From Octopus sinensis (Eukaryota): a DNA stretch of 11,924 bases. Where the stretch lies: the NCBI RefSeq assembly GCF_006345805.1, contig NW_021826861.1, positions 1-11,924 of the forward strand, written 5' to 3'. The notes beneath the pieces are model-generated. The model worked only from the letters and a program-made list of their open reading frames with translations. It made no database searches and was not told where the DNA came from. Each line of letters opens with the position of its first letter. Positions within the stretch are counted from its first letter, which is position 1. Both the position numbers and the translations under genes were made by a program. Shown here in pieces: positions 1-9,337 of this stretch.

Positions 1-752
1 ATTTCCATTAGTTCGGCAGAAATGTTTATTTTTCCGTAATCGTTATGCTAACATCAGATGCGCGACTGATTTTCACTATCTTACAGAATTTCTTCTTTTT
101 CAATCCCAGATTGTTACGTCTGGTCTATTTTGCTTGTATCTTAGCAAATTAACTAAGAGACTCCATGTATTTCACACTAACAGGTGACTCCAAAGGAATA
201 CATAAATATTCCAAATCATTCATCTGGGTTGTATAATTGTCCATGCGAAGTTAAAATTAGGTAAATCCGAACACGTATCAATGAGATAACTGCTACATAT
301 TACTACATGTGAATCATGTAGTAAAGAAATAAGATTTAACAGCTGAAAACAGTACTGCAAGCGTTTCAACGTCGTGGTTATTTATTTAATATTGCGGAAT
401 TCATTATGCAGTGTTACATAATTTCTCATTACTATATAACAGCGTCATCTCCTCAGGCGATATACAGCCTTCCATCGGCGAAATCTGATCAATCTAAATA
501 ACAATATTCTTTCATATTATAAGTGGTTCTACTTTCAACATCACTGTAAGTTGTTATTAAATTTTTATTCTCGGGATTATCTTTTCAACGGATTGTATTG
601 CAAAATGGTTTGGCTACTACTGCATGCGTCATATCGAGATATCCATACGCAAGTACATGGAGCCTTGTCTCTTTGTTGGAAACCGACTCCCTCCTCAGCG
701 GAAGATTTATAATAATTAAAAAATAGAAGAGACTTACATACATTGCATACAT

Positions 753-1140
753 GTGGCTGTGTGGTAAGTAGCTTGCTAACCAACCACATGGTTCCGGGTT
801 CAGTCCCACTGCGTGGCATCTTGGGCAAGTGTTTGCTATAGCCTCGGGCCGCCGACCAATGCCTTGTGAGTGGATTTGGTAGACGGAACTGAAAGAAGCC
901 TGTCGTATATATGTATATATATGTATGTGTGGTGTTTGGTGTCTGTGTCTGTCCCCTAGTATTGCTTGACAACGATGCTGGTGTGTTTGCGTCCCGTACT
1001 TAGCGGTTCGGCAAAAGAGCCGATTAGAATAAGTACTGGGCTTACAAAGAATAAGTCCCGGGGTCGATTTGCTCGACTGAAGGCGGTGCTCCAGCATGGC
1101 CGCAGTCAAATGACTGAAACAAGTAAAAGAGTAAAAAGAG
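753..1140 (+). mobile_element. tRNA-derived SINE, group A, near full length
   Basis: A-box-like TGGCTGTGTGG and B-box-like GGTTCAGTCCC, an internal TA/TG microsatellite, and a 3' half ending GAAACAAGTAAAAGAGTAAAAAGAG. Nearly identical to 4291-4704. Confidence 0.9.
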
Positions 1141-1390
1141 TATACACATATAAACACTCACAAACACACACCCGTACATATAGTTTTATATAAAATCGTG
1201 ATTTTTCTAGTGCCTGCGTCCTGATTTGTGAATTAAATTGACCATGAGCTCGAAATCTGTGGATTGTCTAGAGACACAAGGCATGTTATAAAAAGCTACA
1301 TAGACTCGCGTCTCCAATGCATGAAATCATTAGTTGCTCGTATTTTTATACTGTGTACATTAAATGATACATGTTTATAAAACTATATGT

Positions 1391-1614
1391 AAGGCGGCGA
1401 GCTGGCAGACACGTTAGCGTACCGGGCGGAATGCTTAGCGGTATTTCGTCTGTCGTTACGTTCTGAGTTCAAATTCCGCCGAGGTCGACTTTGCCTTTCA
1501 TCCTTTCGGGGTCGATAAATAAAAGTACCAGTTTCGCACTGGGGTCGATGTAATCGACTTAATCCGTTTGTCTGTCCTCTCTATGTTTAGCCCCTTGTGG
1601 GTAGTAAAGAAATA
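1391..1614 (+). mobile_element. SINE, group C, near full length
   Basis: Head AAGGCGGCGAGCTGGCAG, B-box-like GAGTTCAAATTCC, core GCCTTTCATCCTTTCGGGGTCGATAAA..AGTACC. Homologous to 11761-11924, 10266-10308 and 7528-7590. Confidence 0.88.
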
Positions 1615-2070
1615 TATATGTATGGGTGTACACATATTATGTCATAGTATATATATATATATATGTGTGTGTGTACGTATGTTATTATGCATATATGTAT
1701 ATCAGGAACAGAGTTAAACATAGTGAGGCACTAAACAACAAGATTGAGTAGAAAAAATCCCTATTTGGCAATTGCTAACCAAGGATATGATTGTGTAAAC
1801 AACTTAACTCAACAAGAAGATCGCTAAGATGCATAGCAAATCCAAGAGAATGGAGGGAGGGGATACGAAGGGTAAGAGAGGTTCCTTTCGAACTTTGAAA
1901 ATATGTCTTCAATTATTCAGCTTGAAGACATTTATCAATAGGAGAATAATTCTAAACATTCGTTTGCAGTGAGTCAAAATGGCTGAGAGGATTCTAGAAC
2001 TTGGGAGTAAAGTAGTCGCCGAAAATTTGTTGTAATTGCCAGAAAAATGATTTAAATATGTTATCAGTAT

Positions 2071-2071
<1 letters not shown>

Positions 2072-2102
<31 letters not shown>

Positions 2103-2117
2103 CATACACACACACAC

Positions 2118-2160
<43 letters not shown>

Positions 2161-2232
2161 CGTACATATATATACATCGCACTTATATATACATACGTAC
2201 ATATATATACATACGTACATATATATACATCG

Positions 2233-2278
<46 letters not shown>

Positions 2279-2326
2279 CGTACATACATATATACACACA
2301 CACACAAACACACACACACATATATA
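2072..2326. repeat. Compound (CA)n/(TA)n microsatellite with higher-order CATACGTACATATATATA and CATCGCAC units
   Basis: Seen directly; CATCGCAC recurs at 2175 and 2228. Confidence 0.95.
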
Positions 2327-2769
2327 TGCAATGTGTGCAAAAGTAGGTATATAGTAAGTATTACATCAATGTTATTATAATACTTCATTAAAATTATTAA
2401 CAGCCTCATTTTTGATATTTTCAGTGTCATTAATCATAATAATACTTTTATCGTAACTTATAATTTTTTTAATAAAAATAAATGAGCATTGTACGTGTTT
2501 TGTTTTTCATAGCTGTATACATACATTTGTACTACCCTGTCTGTGTATTTGTGTGTGTGTGTGTGTGTGTATATTTTGCGGGAGCAACTGTTTTATCGAA
2601 AGCGTGAATTGTTGCTAAATGATCGAAATACGAGACTAGGAAAAAAACAGCCAACAACTGATGAAGGGTCGTTTTGTATGTTGTTTGTTTGGTTTTCCAT
2701 TTCGTTGTTCGATGTACTCGGGCTTCGTAATTTTTTTTTGTACACGTTTCATGACAACCTGTGCCCATA

Positions 2770-2862
2770 TATGCATAGATATATACGTATAGATGTAAGT
2801 ATGTACATATACGTATGCATATATGCATATATGTAAATATATATATTATTTATGTTATATTA

Positions 2863-2920
<58 letters not shown>
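2770..2920. repeat. TA-rich low-complexity sequence followed by (CA)n
   Basis: Seen directly. Confidence 0.93.
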
Positions 2921-2922
<2 letters not shown>

Positions 2923-2927
2923 ATACC

Positions 2928-3128
2928 GTTCACTAGTTTCAGTCATTAGATTGCGGCCCTGGTAGGGCACTGCCTTGATAAATTGTTTGTCAGATGAATC
3001 GATCTCAGTACGTTTTTTAAAGCTGATACTTATTCTATCGGCTCTTTTTGCTGAACCGCTAAGTTATGGGAGTGTAAAAACACGAACACCAGTTGTGAAG
3101 TGGTGATGTGTGATAAACACAGACATAA

Positions 3129-3173
<45 letters not shown>

Positions 3174-3340
3174 ATCAATGGGCTTCTTTCAGTTTCCGTT
3201 TACAATTCCACTTAACACGGCTTTGGTTGGCCCGTGGGTACAGTGGAAGAAATTTGCCCAAGGTGCATCGGTGCAGAACTGAAACCGGTACTATATGTCA
3301 GAAGAGCAAACTTCTTACCACACACCCACATCTTTGCCTC
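2928..3340 (-). mobile_element. SINE, group A, diverged copy
   Basis: The reverse complement aligns with 4291-4704 (GTTTCAGTCATT, TACTTATTCTATCGG, CTTCTTTCAGTTTCCGT, CTTCTTACCACACA) and has an internal (AC)n tract. Confidence 0.85.
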
Positions 3341-3379
<39 letters not shown>

Positions 3380-3407
3380 AAAAAAGCAACAAGAATGGAT
3401 TAAAATA

Positions 3408-3491
3408 TCGGTACAATTGTTTCGTACGAGGACATCTTTAATAAGCTACAAAAAATGCAGTAAATATAGATGGCTCGTACTCGTCAGCCGA
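3408..3491 (-). ncRNA. Type I hammerhead ribozyme, catalytic core intact
   Basis: The minus strand reads UCGG (3491-3488), CUGACGA (3487-3481), GUACGAG (3480-3474), a 43-nt insert, CUCGUAC (3430-3424), GAAA (3423-3420), CAAUUGU, A (3412), CCGA (3411-3408). Stem II has 7 perfect bp and is extended by CAUCU/AGAUG and CUGCA/UGUAG. Stem III is the palindrome ACAAUUGU and stem I is UCGG/CCGA. Predicted cleavage is after GUA, between 3412 and 3411. Confidence 0.85.
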
Positions 3492-3564
3492 AAAAACATC
3501 GGAGATTCCCAAACATCAAAAGGGGTAGATACAAATGAGGGTGTGAGTTTAACTGCATTGAAGA

Positions 3565-3983
3565 AAGTTCGATTCCTGGAGATTCGATGAAAGGTCTTGA
3601 ACTTACAGAATTTGTGCATGTCCATATATAGCTCATAGTGAATTGTTAATCAAGTTATGTGAACAAATTTTGGATACAGTCATGCGAAATTTCTGAGAAT
3701 CCGAGTAAGAAGCAAAGTGACTGTCATATCGTGTAGAGGAACAGATTGTTATTGAAATTTACAAGAATCACAGATAAGTTCGATTCCTGGAGATCCGATG
3801 AAAGGTCTTGAACTTACAGAATATGTGCATGTCGATATAGTTCATAGTCAATTGTTAATCAAGTTATGTGAAGAAATTTTGGGTACAATCGTGCGAAATT
3901 TCAGAGAATCCGAGTGAGAAGCAAAGTGACAATCTTATTCTGTAGAGGAACAGATTGTTATTGAAATTTACAAGAATCACAGA
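3565..3983. repeat. Tandem duplication, 2 copies of ~210 bp (3565-3774 and 3776-3983)
   Basis: Both copies run from AAGTTCGATTCCTGGAGAT to TTTACAAGAATCACAGA. A manual alignment gives about 16 substitutions plus one 2-nt indel (~92% identity). Confidence 0.95.
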
Positions 3984-4290
3984 GAAGAGGAAGGAATTAG
4001 AATTTAGCCAGTTACTGCTATTAATTGCTATCAAAGAAAAGGGAATGGGAAGCTAAAGGGAGGGACACAAGTTGATACTATAAGAAAAATCTAAGCTTAT
4101 TTGGTGCAAAATTCGAACTGAGGTCAATTAATTTATTTCTTTATTTATTAATGTTACTATTAATAGATTGTCAGGTTACAATGAGAGGTCAGTAGAAAGG
4201 AAAGAAAAAAAGGAGTTGTTTTCTAATGAAACCAAACAATTATATTATATTATATTATATTATATTATATTATATTATAATATATTATAT

Positions 4291-4704
4291 AGGCGCAGGA
4301 GTGGCTGTGTGGTAAGTAGCTTGCTAACCAACCACATGGTTCCGGGTTCAGTCCCACTGCGTGGCATCTTGGGCAAGTGTCTTCTGCTATAGCCCCGGGC
4401 CGACCAATGCCTTGTGAGTGGATTTGGTAGACGGAAACTGAAAGAAGCCTGTCGTATATATGTATATATATATATGTGTGTGTGTGTTTGTGTGTCTGTG
4501 TTTGCCCCCCCTAGCATTGCTTGACAACCGATGCTGTTGTGTTTACGTCCTCGTCACTTAGCGGTTCGGCAAAAGAGACCGATAGAATAAGTACTGGGCT
4601 TACAAAGAATAAGTCCTTGGGTCGAGCTGCTCGATTAAAGGCGGTGCTCCAGCATGGCCGCAGTCAAATGACTGAAACAAGTAAAAGAGTAAAAGAGTAA
4701 AGAG
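4291..4704 (+). mobile_element. tRNA-derived SINE, group A, complete and young-looking; antisense to and inside the Penelope-like element
   Basis: Full head AGGCGCAGGAGTGGCTGTGTGG (A-box 4302-4312, B-box 4345-4355), central microsatellite, tail (GTAAAAGA)n. Inserted in a TATAT-rich site. Confidence 0.93.
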
Positions 4705-5041
4705 ATTATAATAGGTTTGGGATTAGCAGAATTAATTATTAGTGTAAAAGAAACTAAGAAGTTTAACTAACTAATTTTTTATAGGTAGGTTAAAGTGAAA
4801 TAGACTAAGAAATAGAGATAAAAATAGAGCAAACTTTAAATTATCTACATAGTCTAATTGAAATAAATCAAATAACTTAAATCAATAAGTATTAAATAGT
4901 ACAGTTAGAGAGAGAATATAATCATAGCTAGTTAGATCGTATCTGTCTAGTTAAATATATAAAAATACTATGTAGGAGTAAAGTATAAATCAAAGTGATT
5001 TTATACAGAGTGATTTTAATATACAGTTGTCAATCAAAATA

Positions 5042-5704
5042 TCATTTAAAATATTTAAGAGTCTTAGTTCGAGCGTGTATACAAGAAATTCCTCGTTCAA
5101 TTCTGCTGTTCAGTGAAATTTCCCTATTTTTTCTATACATTAGTATTTCAAATGTTTCCATGGAGCAAAGTTGACAACCTACTCTGCTATCTTTATAGGG
5201 TATTGCTCTTCTGACTAATTCCCAATTAAGGTTATATTTGATATTATTGTTTTTTAGTTCCCAAATTTTACTAGAAAGAGTGGTGCTATCAGCTTTATGA
5301 CGTAATCTGAAGGAAGATAGATGATTGTTCAATCTTTTCTTAAAATTTACAGTACATCCAACATAAGTGAATTTATTATTATCTGTGGTTATGGAGCATT
5401 TATAGATTATGTTATTTAACCCGCATAAACCAGGTGCCGGGCATTTTGATTTAATTCTGCAGTTACATCTAGGGGAATTATAATTTGAAGTAGAATAACT
5501 TGAGGATAGAAGTCTCATACTACTGTTGCTCGAAGGAGTGCGGGTATATTTTTCATGATTTTGGTTATTGCTGCTATCTAAAATAACTTTATCATTATTG
5601 TAGTTAATATTATTATCTAAAGTAGTATTATCATTTATTGGTATTCTTACATTTTCATTTGGTTCTATAGCCCTACTTTCATTATTAATATTATGTGAAG
5701 GCAC
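5042..5704 (-). CDS. GIY-YIG endonuclease of a Penelope-like retroelement; domain ~5045-5467, 5' part truncated or uncertain
   Basis: The translation contains CNCRIKSKCP.PGLC (CxCx5C), NIIY, TYVGCT, FKKRLNNH, STTLSSKIWELK, W..VRRAIPY, CQLCSME, LNSRIE and CIH. These give the GIY/YIG tyrosines and glycine plus the conserved Arg, His, Glu and Asn of PLE endonucleases. There are 220 codons without a stop in very AT-rich DNA. The listed ATG (5702-5704) lies inside the adjacent SINE head and is probably not the native start; an internal Met is at 5516-5518. No RT domain is present upstream. Confidence 0.88.
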   Translation of the reverse strand: MPSHNINNESRAIEPNENVRIPINDNTTLDNNINYNNDKVILDSSNNQNHEKYTRTPSSNSSMRLLSSSYSTSNYNSPRCNCRIKSKCPAPGLCGLNNIIYKCSITTDNNKFTYVGCTVNFKKRLNNHLSSFRLRHKADSTTLSSKIWELKNNNIKYNLNWELVRRAIPYKDSRVGCQLCSMETFEILMYRKNREISLNSRIERGISCIHARTKTLKYFK

Positions 5705-5982
5705 ATGGCTTAGTTATTAAGGCATTCGGCTCACGATTGCAAGGTCGTGAGTTCAATTCCCGGCGACTCGTTGTGTCCTTGTGCAAGACATTATTTCACT
5801 ATTATTCCATTAGTTGGTCCTCAGCTGGAAAAAATAAGTAGTACCTGTATTTCAAAGAGCCAGCCTTGTCACACTTTGTGTTACGCTGAATCTCCCCCAG
5901 AACTATGTTAAAGGTACGTGTGTCTGTGGAGTGCTCAGCCACTTGCACGTTAATTTAACGAGCAGAATGTTCCGTTTATCGT

Positions 5983-5986
<4 letters not shown>
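5695..5986 (+). mobile_element. tRNA-derived SINE, group B variant, 3'-truncated
   Basis: Degenerate A-box TGGCTTAGTT (from 5706) and B-box GTTCAATTCC (5751-5760). Its 5841-5986 segment aligns ungapped to 11548-11693 with 16 mismatches in 146 bp. Confidence 0.85.
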
Positions 5987-6022
<36 letters not shown>

Positions 6023-6101
6023 GGTCCCGGGTTGATTCGGGGTTAACCGAAGATTTCTCTTGAATGAAACAGTTCTAGTCCTGTAGAGCTCCTTCTATAT
6101 A

Positions 6102-6177
<76 letters not shown>

Positions 6178-6200
6178 ATATATATATATATACACACATA
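5987..6200. repeat. Two (TA)n tracts enclosing an unassigned ~60-bp GC-richer segment (6019-6078)
   Basis: Seen directly. Confidence 0.9.
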
Positions 6201-6325
6201 CCTTATATCTCTATACATGTTATTTAACGTTCACGGTATATAATTATGAGCTGCTAATAGCTTCATACATTAGAAATATTTCCTCGACAAATTTTAGTAA
6301 CATGCCTAGTGTCTCCTTGCCATCT

Positions 6326-6492
6326 TTGGCCTCTGACCACATTGGCCTCTGACCACATTGGCCTCTGACCACATTGGCCTCTGACCACATTGGCCTCTGA
6401 CCACATTGGCCTCTGACCACATTGGCCTCTGACCACATTGGCCTCTGACCACATTGGCCTCTGACCACATTGGCCTCTGACCACATTGGCCT
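6326..6492. repeat. Perfect 16-bp minisatellite (TTGGCCTCTGACCACA) x10 plus a 7-bp partial copy
   Basis: Ten identical units at 6326-6485 followed by TTGGCCT. This array produces the GQCGQRPMWSEANVVR pseudo-ORFs. Confidence 0.98.
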
Positions 6493-6499
6493 ATAAAAG

Positions 6500-7053
6500 T
6501 TACCAATCAAGACAAACCACATGGCTCCGGGTTCAGTTCCACTGGCCAAGTGTCTTCTTCTATAGCCCCAGTCCGATTAAAGTTTTGTGAGTGAATTTGC
6601 TGACGGAAGCTTAAAATAGCCCGCCATGTATGTATGTATGTATGTATGTATGTATGTATGTATGTATGTATGTATGTATGTATGTAGGTAATGTATGTAT
6701 GTATGTAGTATGTATGTATGTATGTATGTATTATGTATGTATGTATGTATGTATGTATGTATGTATGTACGTATGTATGTATGTATGTATGTATGTAGTA
6801 TGTATGTATGTAATGTATGTATAAAATACATATCTGTGTGTGTATATATATGTTTGTGTGAGTGTGTGTGCGTGCGTGTGTGTGTGCTTGTGCTCCACAG
6901 CCATTTGACAGCCGTGGTGTTTACGTCCCCATAACTTAGCAGATCGACATAGAAATTGATAAACTAAGAACCACGCTTCAAGAAAATTGAGTGGTGGGGT
7001 TGATTCGTTCGGCGGTGTTCCGGCATTGCCGCAGCCCAATAATTGAAAGGAAT

Positions 7054-7057
<4 letters not shown>
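6500..7057 (+). mobile_element. SINE, group A, diverged, with an expanded internal (TATG)n tract
   Basis: The 5' half has ACCACATGGCTCCGGGTTCAGTTCC and TTGTGAGTGAATTTG; ~250 bp of microsatellite follows; the 3' half has GGTGTTTACGTCCCCATAACTTAGC and GGCGGTGTTCCGGCATTGCCGCAG. Confidence 0.8.
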
Positions 7058-7097
<40 letters not shown>

Positions 7098-7106
7098 CAC
7101 ATATAT

Positions 7107-7252
7107 ACGATGAGCTTCTTTCAGTTTCCGTCTACTAAACCCGCTCACTAGGCTTCGGTCGGCCCGAGGCTACAGCAGATGACACTTGCCCAAGTTGCCA
7201 TGCAGTGGGACTGAACCCGAAACCGTGCGGCTGGTAAGCAAGCTACTTACCA
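7107..7252 (-). mobile_element. SINE, group A, 5' half only
   Basis: The reverse complement matches the group A head and core (GGTAAGTAGCTTGCTTACCA to ACGGAAACTGAAAGAAGC). It ends in the (CA)n tract at 7058-7100, with no 3' half beyond. Confidence 0.88.
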
Positions 7253-7527
7253 TATATATGTATAAATGGAGGATTAAAATTAATCAAAGGACATACTAAG
7301 TATGTCTGTCTGCTGGAAATAACAGCCAAAACTCTTATTTAAATCGCCGAAAAACAACTGATGATAAACTACAGAAATCAATCGCCTGCGGGCGAACGAC
7401 CTAGGAAATCTGTAAGCATACATTCAAGTATTTGGACTCACGTGGACCGGTTTCTCGACTGCCATTATAGCTTTCCATCATGGCAACGTGTTCTGAGGAA
7501 TGTATGCTGAGACATTGTCCTAGCCCG

Positions 7528-7590
7528 TTTTGAACTCAGAACGTAGCGAGGGGTTGAAGTACCGCTTAGCATTTCGTCCAGCTCGCCGCC
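7528..7590 (-). mobile_element. SINE, group C head fragment with a ~20-bp internal deletion
   Basis: The reverse complement GGCGGCGAGCTGG-ACGAAATGCTAAGCGGT...CGTTCTGAGTTCAAA matches 1393-1474. The missing segment lies between the two GCTGG words seen in the 11761 copy, consistent with a microhomology deletion. Confidence 0.8.
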
Positions 7591-7785
7591 ATACATACAT
7601 GTATGTATGTATGTGTGTATGTATGTATGTATGTATGTATGTATGTATGTATGTATGTATGTATGTACGTATGTATGTACGTATGTACGTATGTATGTAT
7701 GTACGAATGTATGTATGTATGTACGTATGTACGTATGTACGTATGTATGTATGTACGAATGTATGTATGTATGTATGTACGTACG

Positions 7786-7819
<34 letters not shown>

Positions 7820-7848
7820 TGTATGTATGTATGTATGTATGTATGTAT
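7591..7848. repeat. (TATG)n tetranucleotide tract with TACG and GAAT variants
   Basis: Seen directly; the variant TACGAAT recurs 52 bp apart (G at 7705 and 7757). Confidence 0.96.
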
Positions 7849-8112
7849 AATAAAAATTATATATATGTAAATAGTGTAAGTAGCGTGTTTGCGTAGTGTA
7901 TTTGTAGTATATAGTCTGATAACTTACGAACATATGGTGTGGAAGAGTGTAGCATGGTTTGATTTTAGAACCAAATTCTGGAAGAGTAAATCTATTCTCG
8001 GCATCAGTATTTTGAGTGGTAGTCTTGAAGAACTAAATGAATTTCTTTGACCTAATTACAAACCGTATGCTTAAAGCCACGGCTTCGCGTTTTCCCTTTT
8101 GTTATTTTTTTG

Positions 8113-8254
8113 CTGTGTGTGTCAGTGTATAAGCATGCATGTGTGTACATGTGTGTATGTATGAGTGTGTGAATGTGTGTTTGTGTGTGTGTATGTGTGT
8201 GTGGTGTGTGTTTGTGTGTGTGTGTGTGTGTGTGTATTGTGTGTGTGTGTGTGT
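8113..8254. repeat. Interrupted (TG)n microsatellite
   Basis: Seen directly. Confidence 0.95.
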
Positions 8255-8629
8255 TAGGGGGCTTGAAAAAAAAGGAGTCGTTCCGATAACGCATTTCCCC
8301 ATCCACCTTCGTTCTCTCATTTTTATCCCCTCGGTTTGTTCCCAGCTACCCTCAACCACTACCCAACCACGTCATCTCACGACCCCAGGGAGCATTTAGG
8401 TTTGAGAGCATGAACGGTGGGGATGAGAGAGGTGAGAGGTGGTTGAATATATTCGCCAGTTCTAACCGCGAAGCCCTTCCCCTCCCAGCTTTTCTTGATT
8501 CACGTTACAGTGGTTCTTATAATATGATTCAATTCAATTGTATGCTTGAATTCTTTCTTAAAAGATGACGCTAATCAGATGCTCAATGGCTCGTTCCCAC
8601 ATCGACGGCAGAGAGTGTATATGTATAAT

Positions 8630-8647
8630 ATACATACATACACACAC

Positions 8648-8727
<80 letters not shown>
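8630..8727. repeat. (CA)n microsatellite
   Basis: Seen directly. Confidence 0.96.
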
Positions 8728-8728
<1 letters not shown>

Positions 8729-9191
8729 GACGCAGGAGTGACTGTCTGTAAAGAAGATTGCTTCCCAGCCACACGGTTCCGGGTTCAGTCCCACTGCGTA
8801 ACACCTTGGGCAAGTGACTTCTACGATAGCCTCGGACCGACCAAAGCCTTGTGAGTGGATTTCGTAGACGGAAACTGAAAGAATCCCGTCGTTTATGTAT
8901 GTATGTATGTATGTATGTATGTATGTATGTATGTATGTATGTATGTATTTGTATGTATGTATGCATGTATTTGTGTGTGTGTGTGCGTGTGTTTGTCCTT
9001 CCCCACCATCGCTTGACACCGATGCTAGTGTGTTTACGTACCCGTAATCTAGCGGTTCGGCAAAATATACCGATAGAATAAGCACTAGGCTTACAAAGAA
9101 TATGTCCTGAGGTTGATTTGATCGATTAATGATGATGGCGCTCCTGCATGGCCACAGTCAAATGACTGAAACAAGTAAAAGAATAACAGAA
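8728..9191 (+). mobile_element. SINE, group A, full length
   Basis: Head AGACGCAGGAGTGACTGT, GGTTCAGTCCCACTGCG, internal (TATG)n, and 3' end CAAATGACTGAAACAAGTAAAAGAATA. Confidence 0.9.
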
Positions 9192-9337
9192 TACACACAC
9201 ATACACACACACACACACACATATATATATTATATATATATATACATACATGTATGTATAACACACACAGACACACACACAAACACATACACACATATAA
9301 ATATGTATAGATAAATATATGCATATGTATGTATGTA

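Larger units (their letters stand above)
3378..5694 (-). mobile_element. 5'-truncated Penelope-like element (endonuclease ORF, long 3' region, hammerhead), interrupted by a SINE at 4291-4704
   Basis: The endonuclease ORF and the hammerhead are co-oriented, which is the established PLE arrangement. The 3' end abuts (TA)n at 3377 and the 5' end abuts a SINE head at ~5695. Continuity of the intervening 3492-5041 sequence as one element is inferred. Confidence 0.65.

Noticed and set aside
550-726. Stop-poor stretch open in several frames as a possible host exon
   Set aside because: No convincing splice acceptor and donor pair and no recognisable peptide in any frame.
1903-1931. 10-bp perfect inverted repeat ATGTCTTCAA/TTGAAGACAT with a 9-nt loop
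   Set aside because: It is isolated, has no supporting context, and is plausible by chance in 12 kb of AT-rich DNA.
2570-2760. CTGATGA at ~2657 and nearby GAAA motifs as a hammerhead
   Set aside because: No GAAA follows a closable stem II downstream of the core. The CTGATGA at ~7358 and the CTGAGGA hits fail in the same way.
3470-4001. Plus-strand reading MARTRQPKKHRRF... (histone H3-like start) continuing as SSIPGDPMKGLELTEYVHV...
   Set aside because: It stops after 22 codons. Both duplicate units share in-frame stops, and differences between the units fall almost entirely at codon positions 1 and 2, which argues against coding selection. The ATG region is the antisense of the hammerhead stem II and core.
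5042-5044. TGA stop of the endonuclease ORF as a selenocysteine codon
   Set aside because: It lies after the last conserved motif, another stop follows three codons later, and no SECIS could be identified by eye.
6244-6549. 16-bp array as a CRISPR array or a repeat protein
   Set aside because: The units are contiguous with no spacers, the context is eukaryotic, and the unit length is not a multiple of three.
8285-8490. C-rich then G-rich unique segment as a long hairpin
   Set aside because: The complementary patches are short and not nested. It remains unassigned unique sequence.
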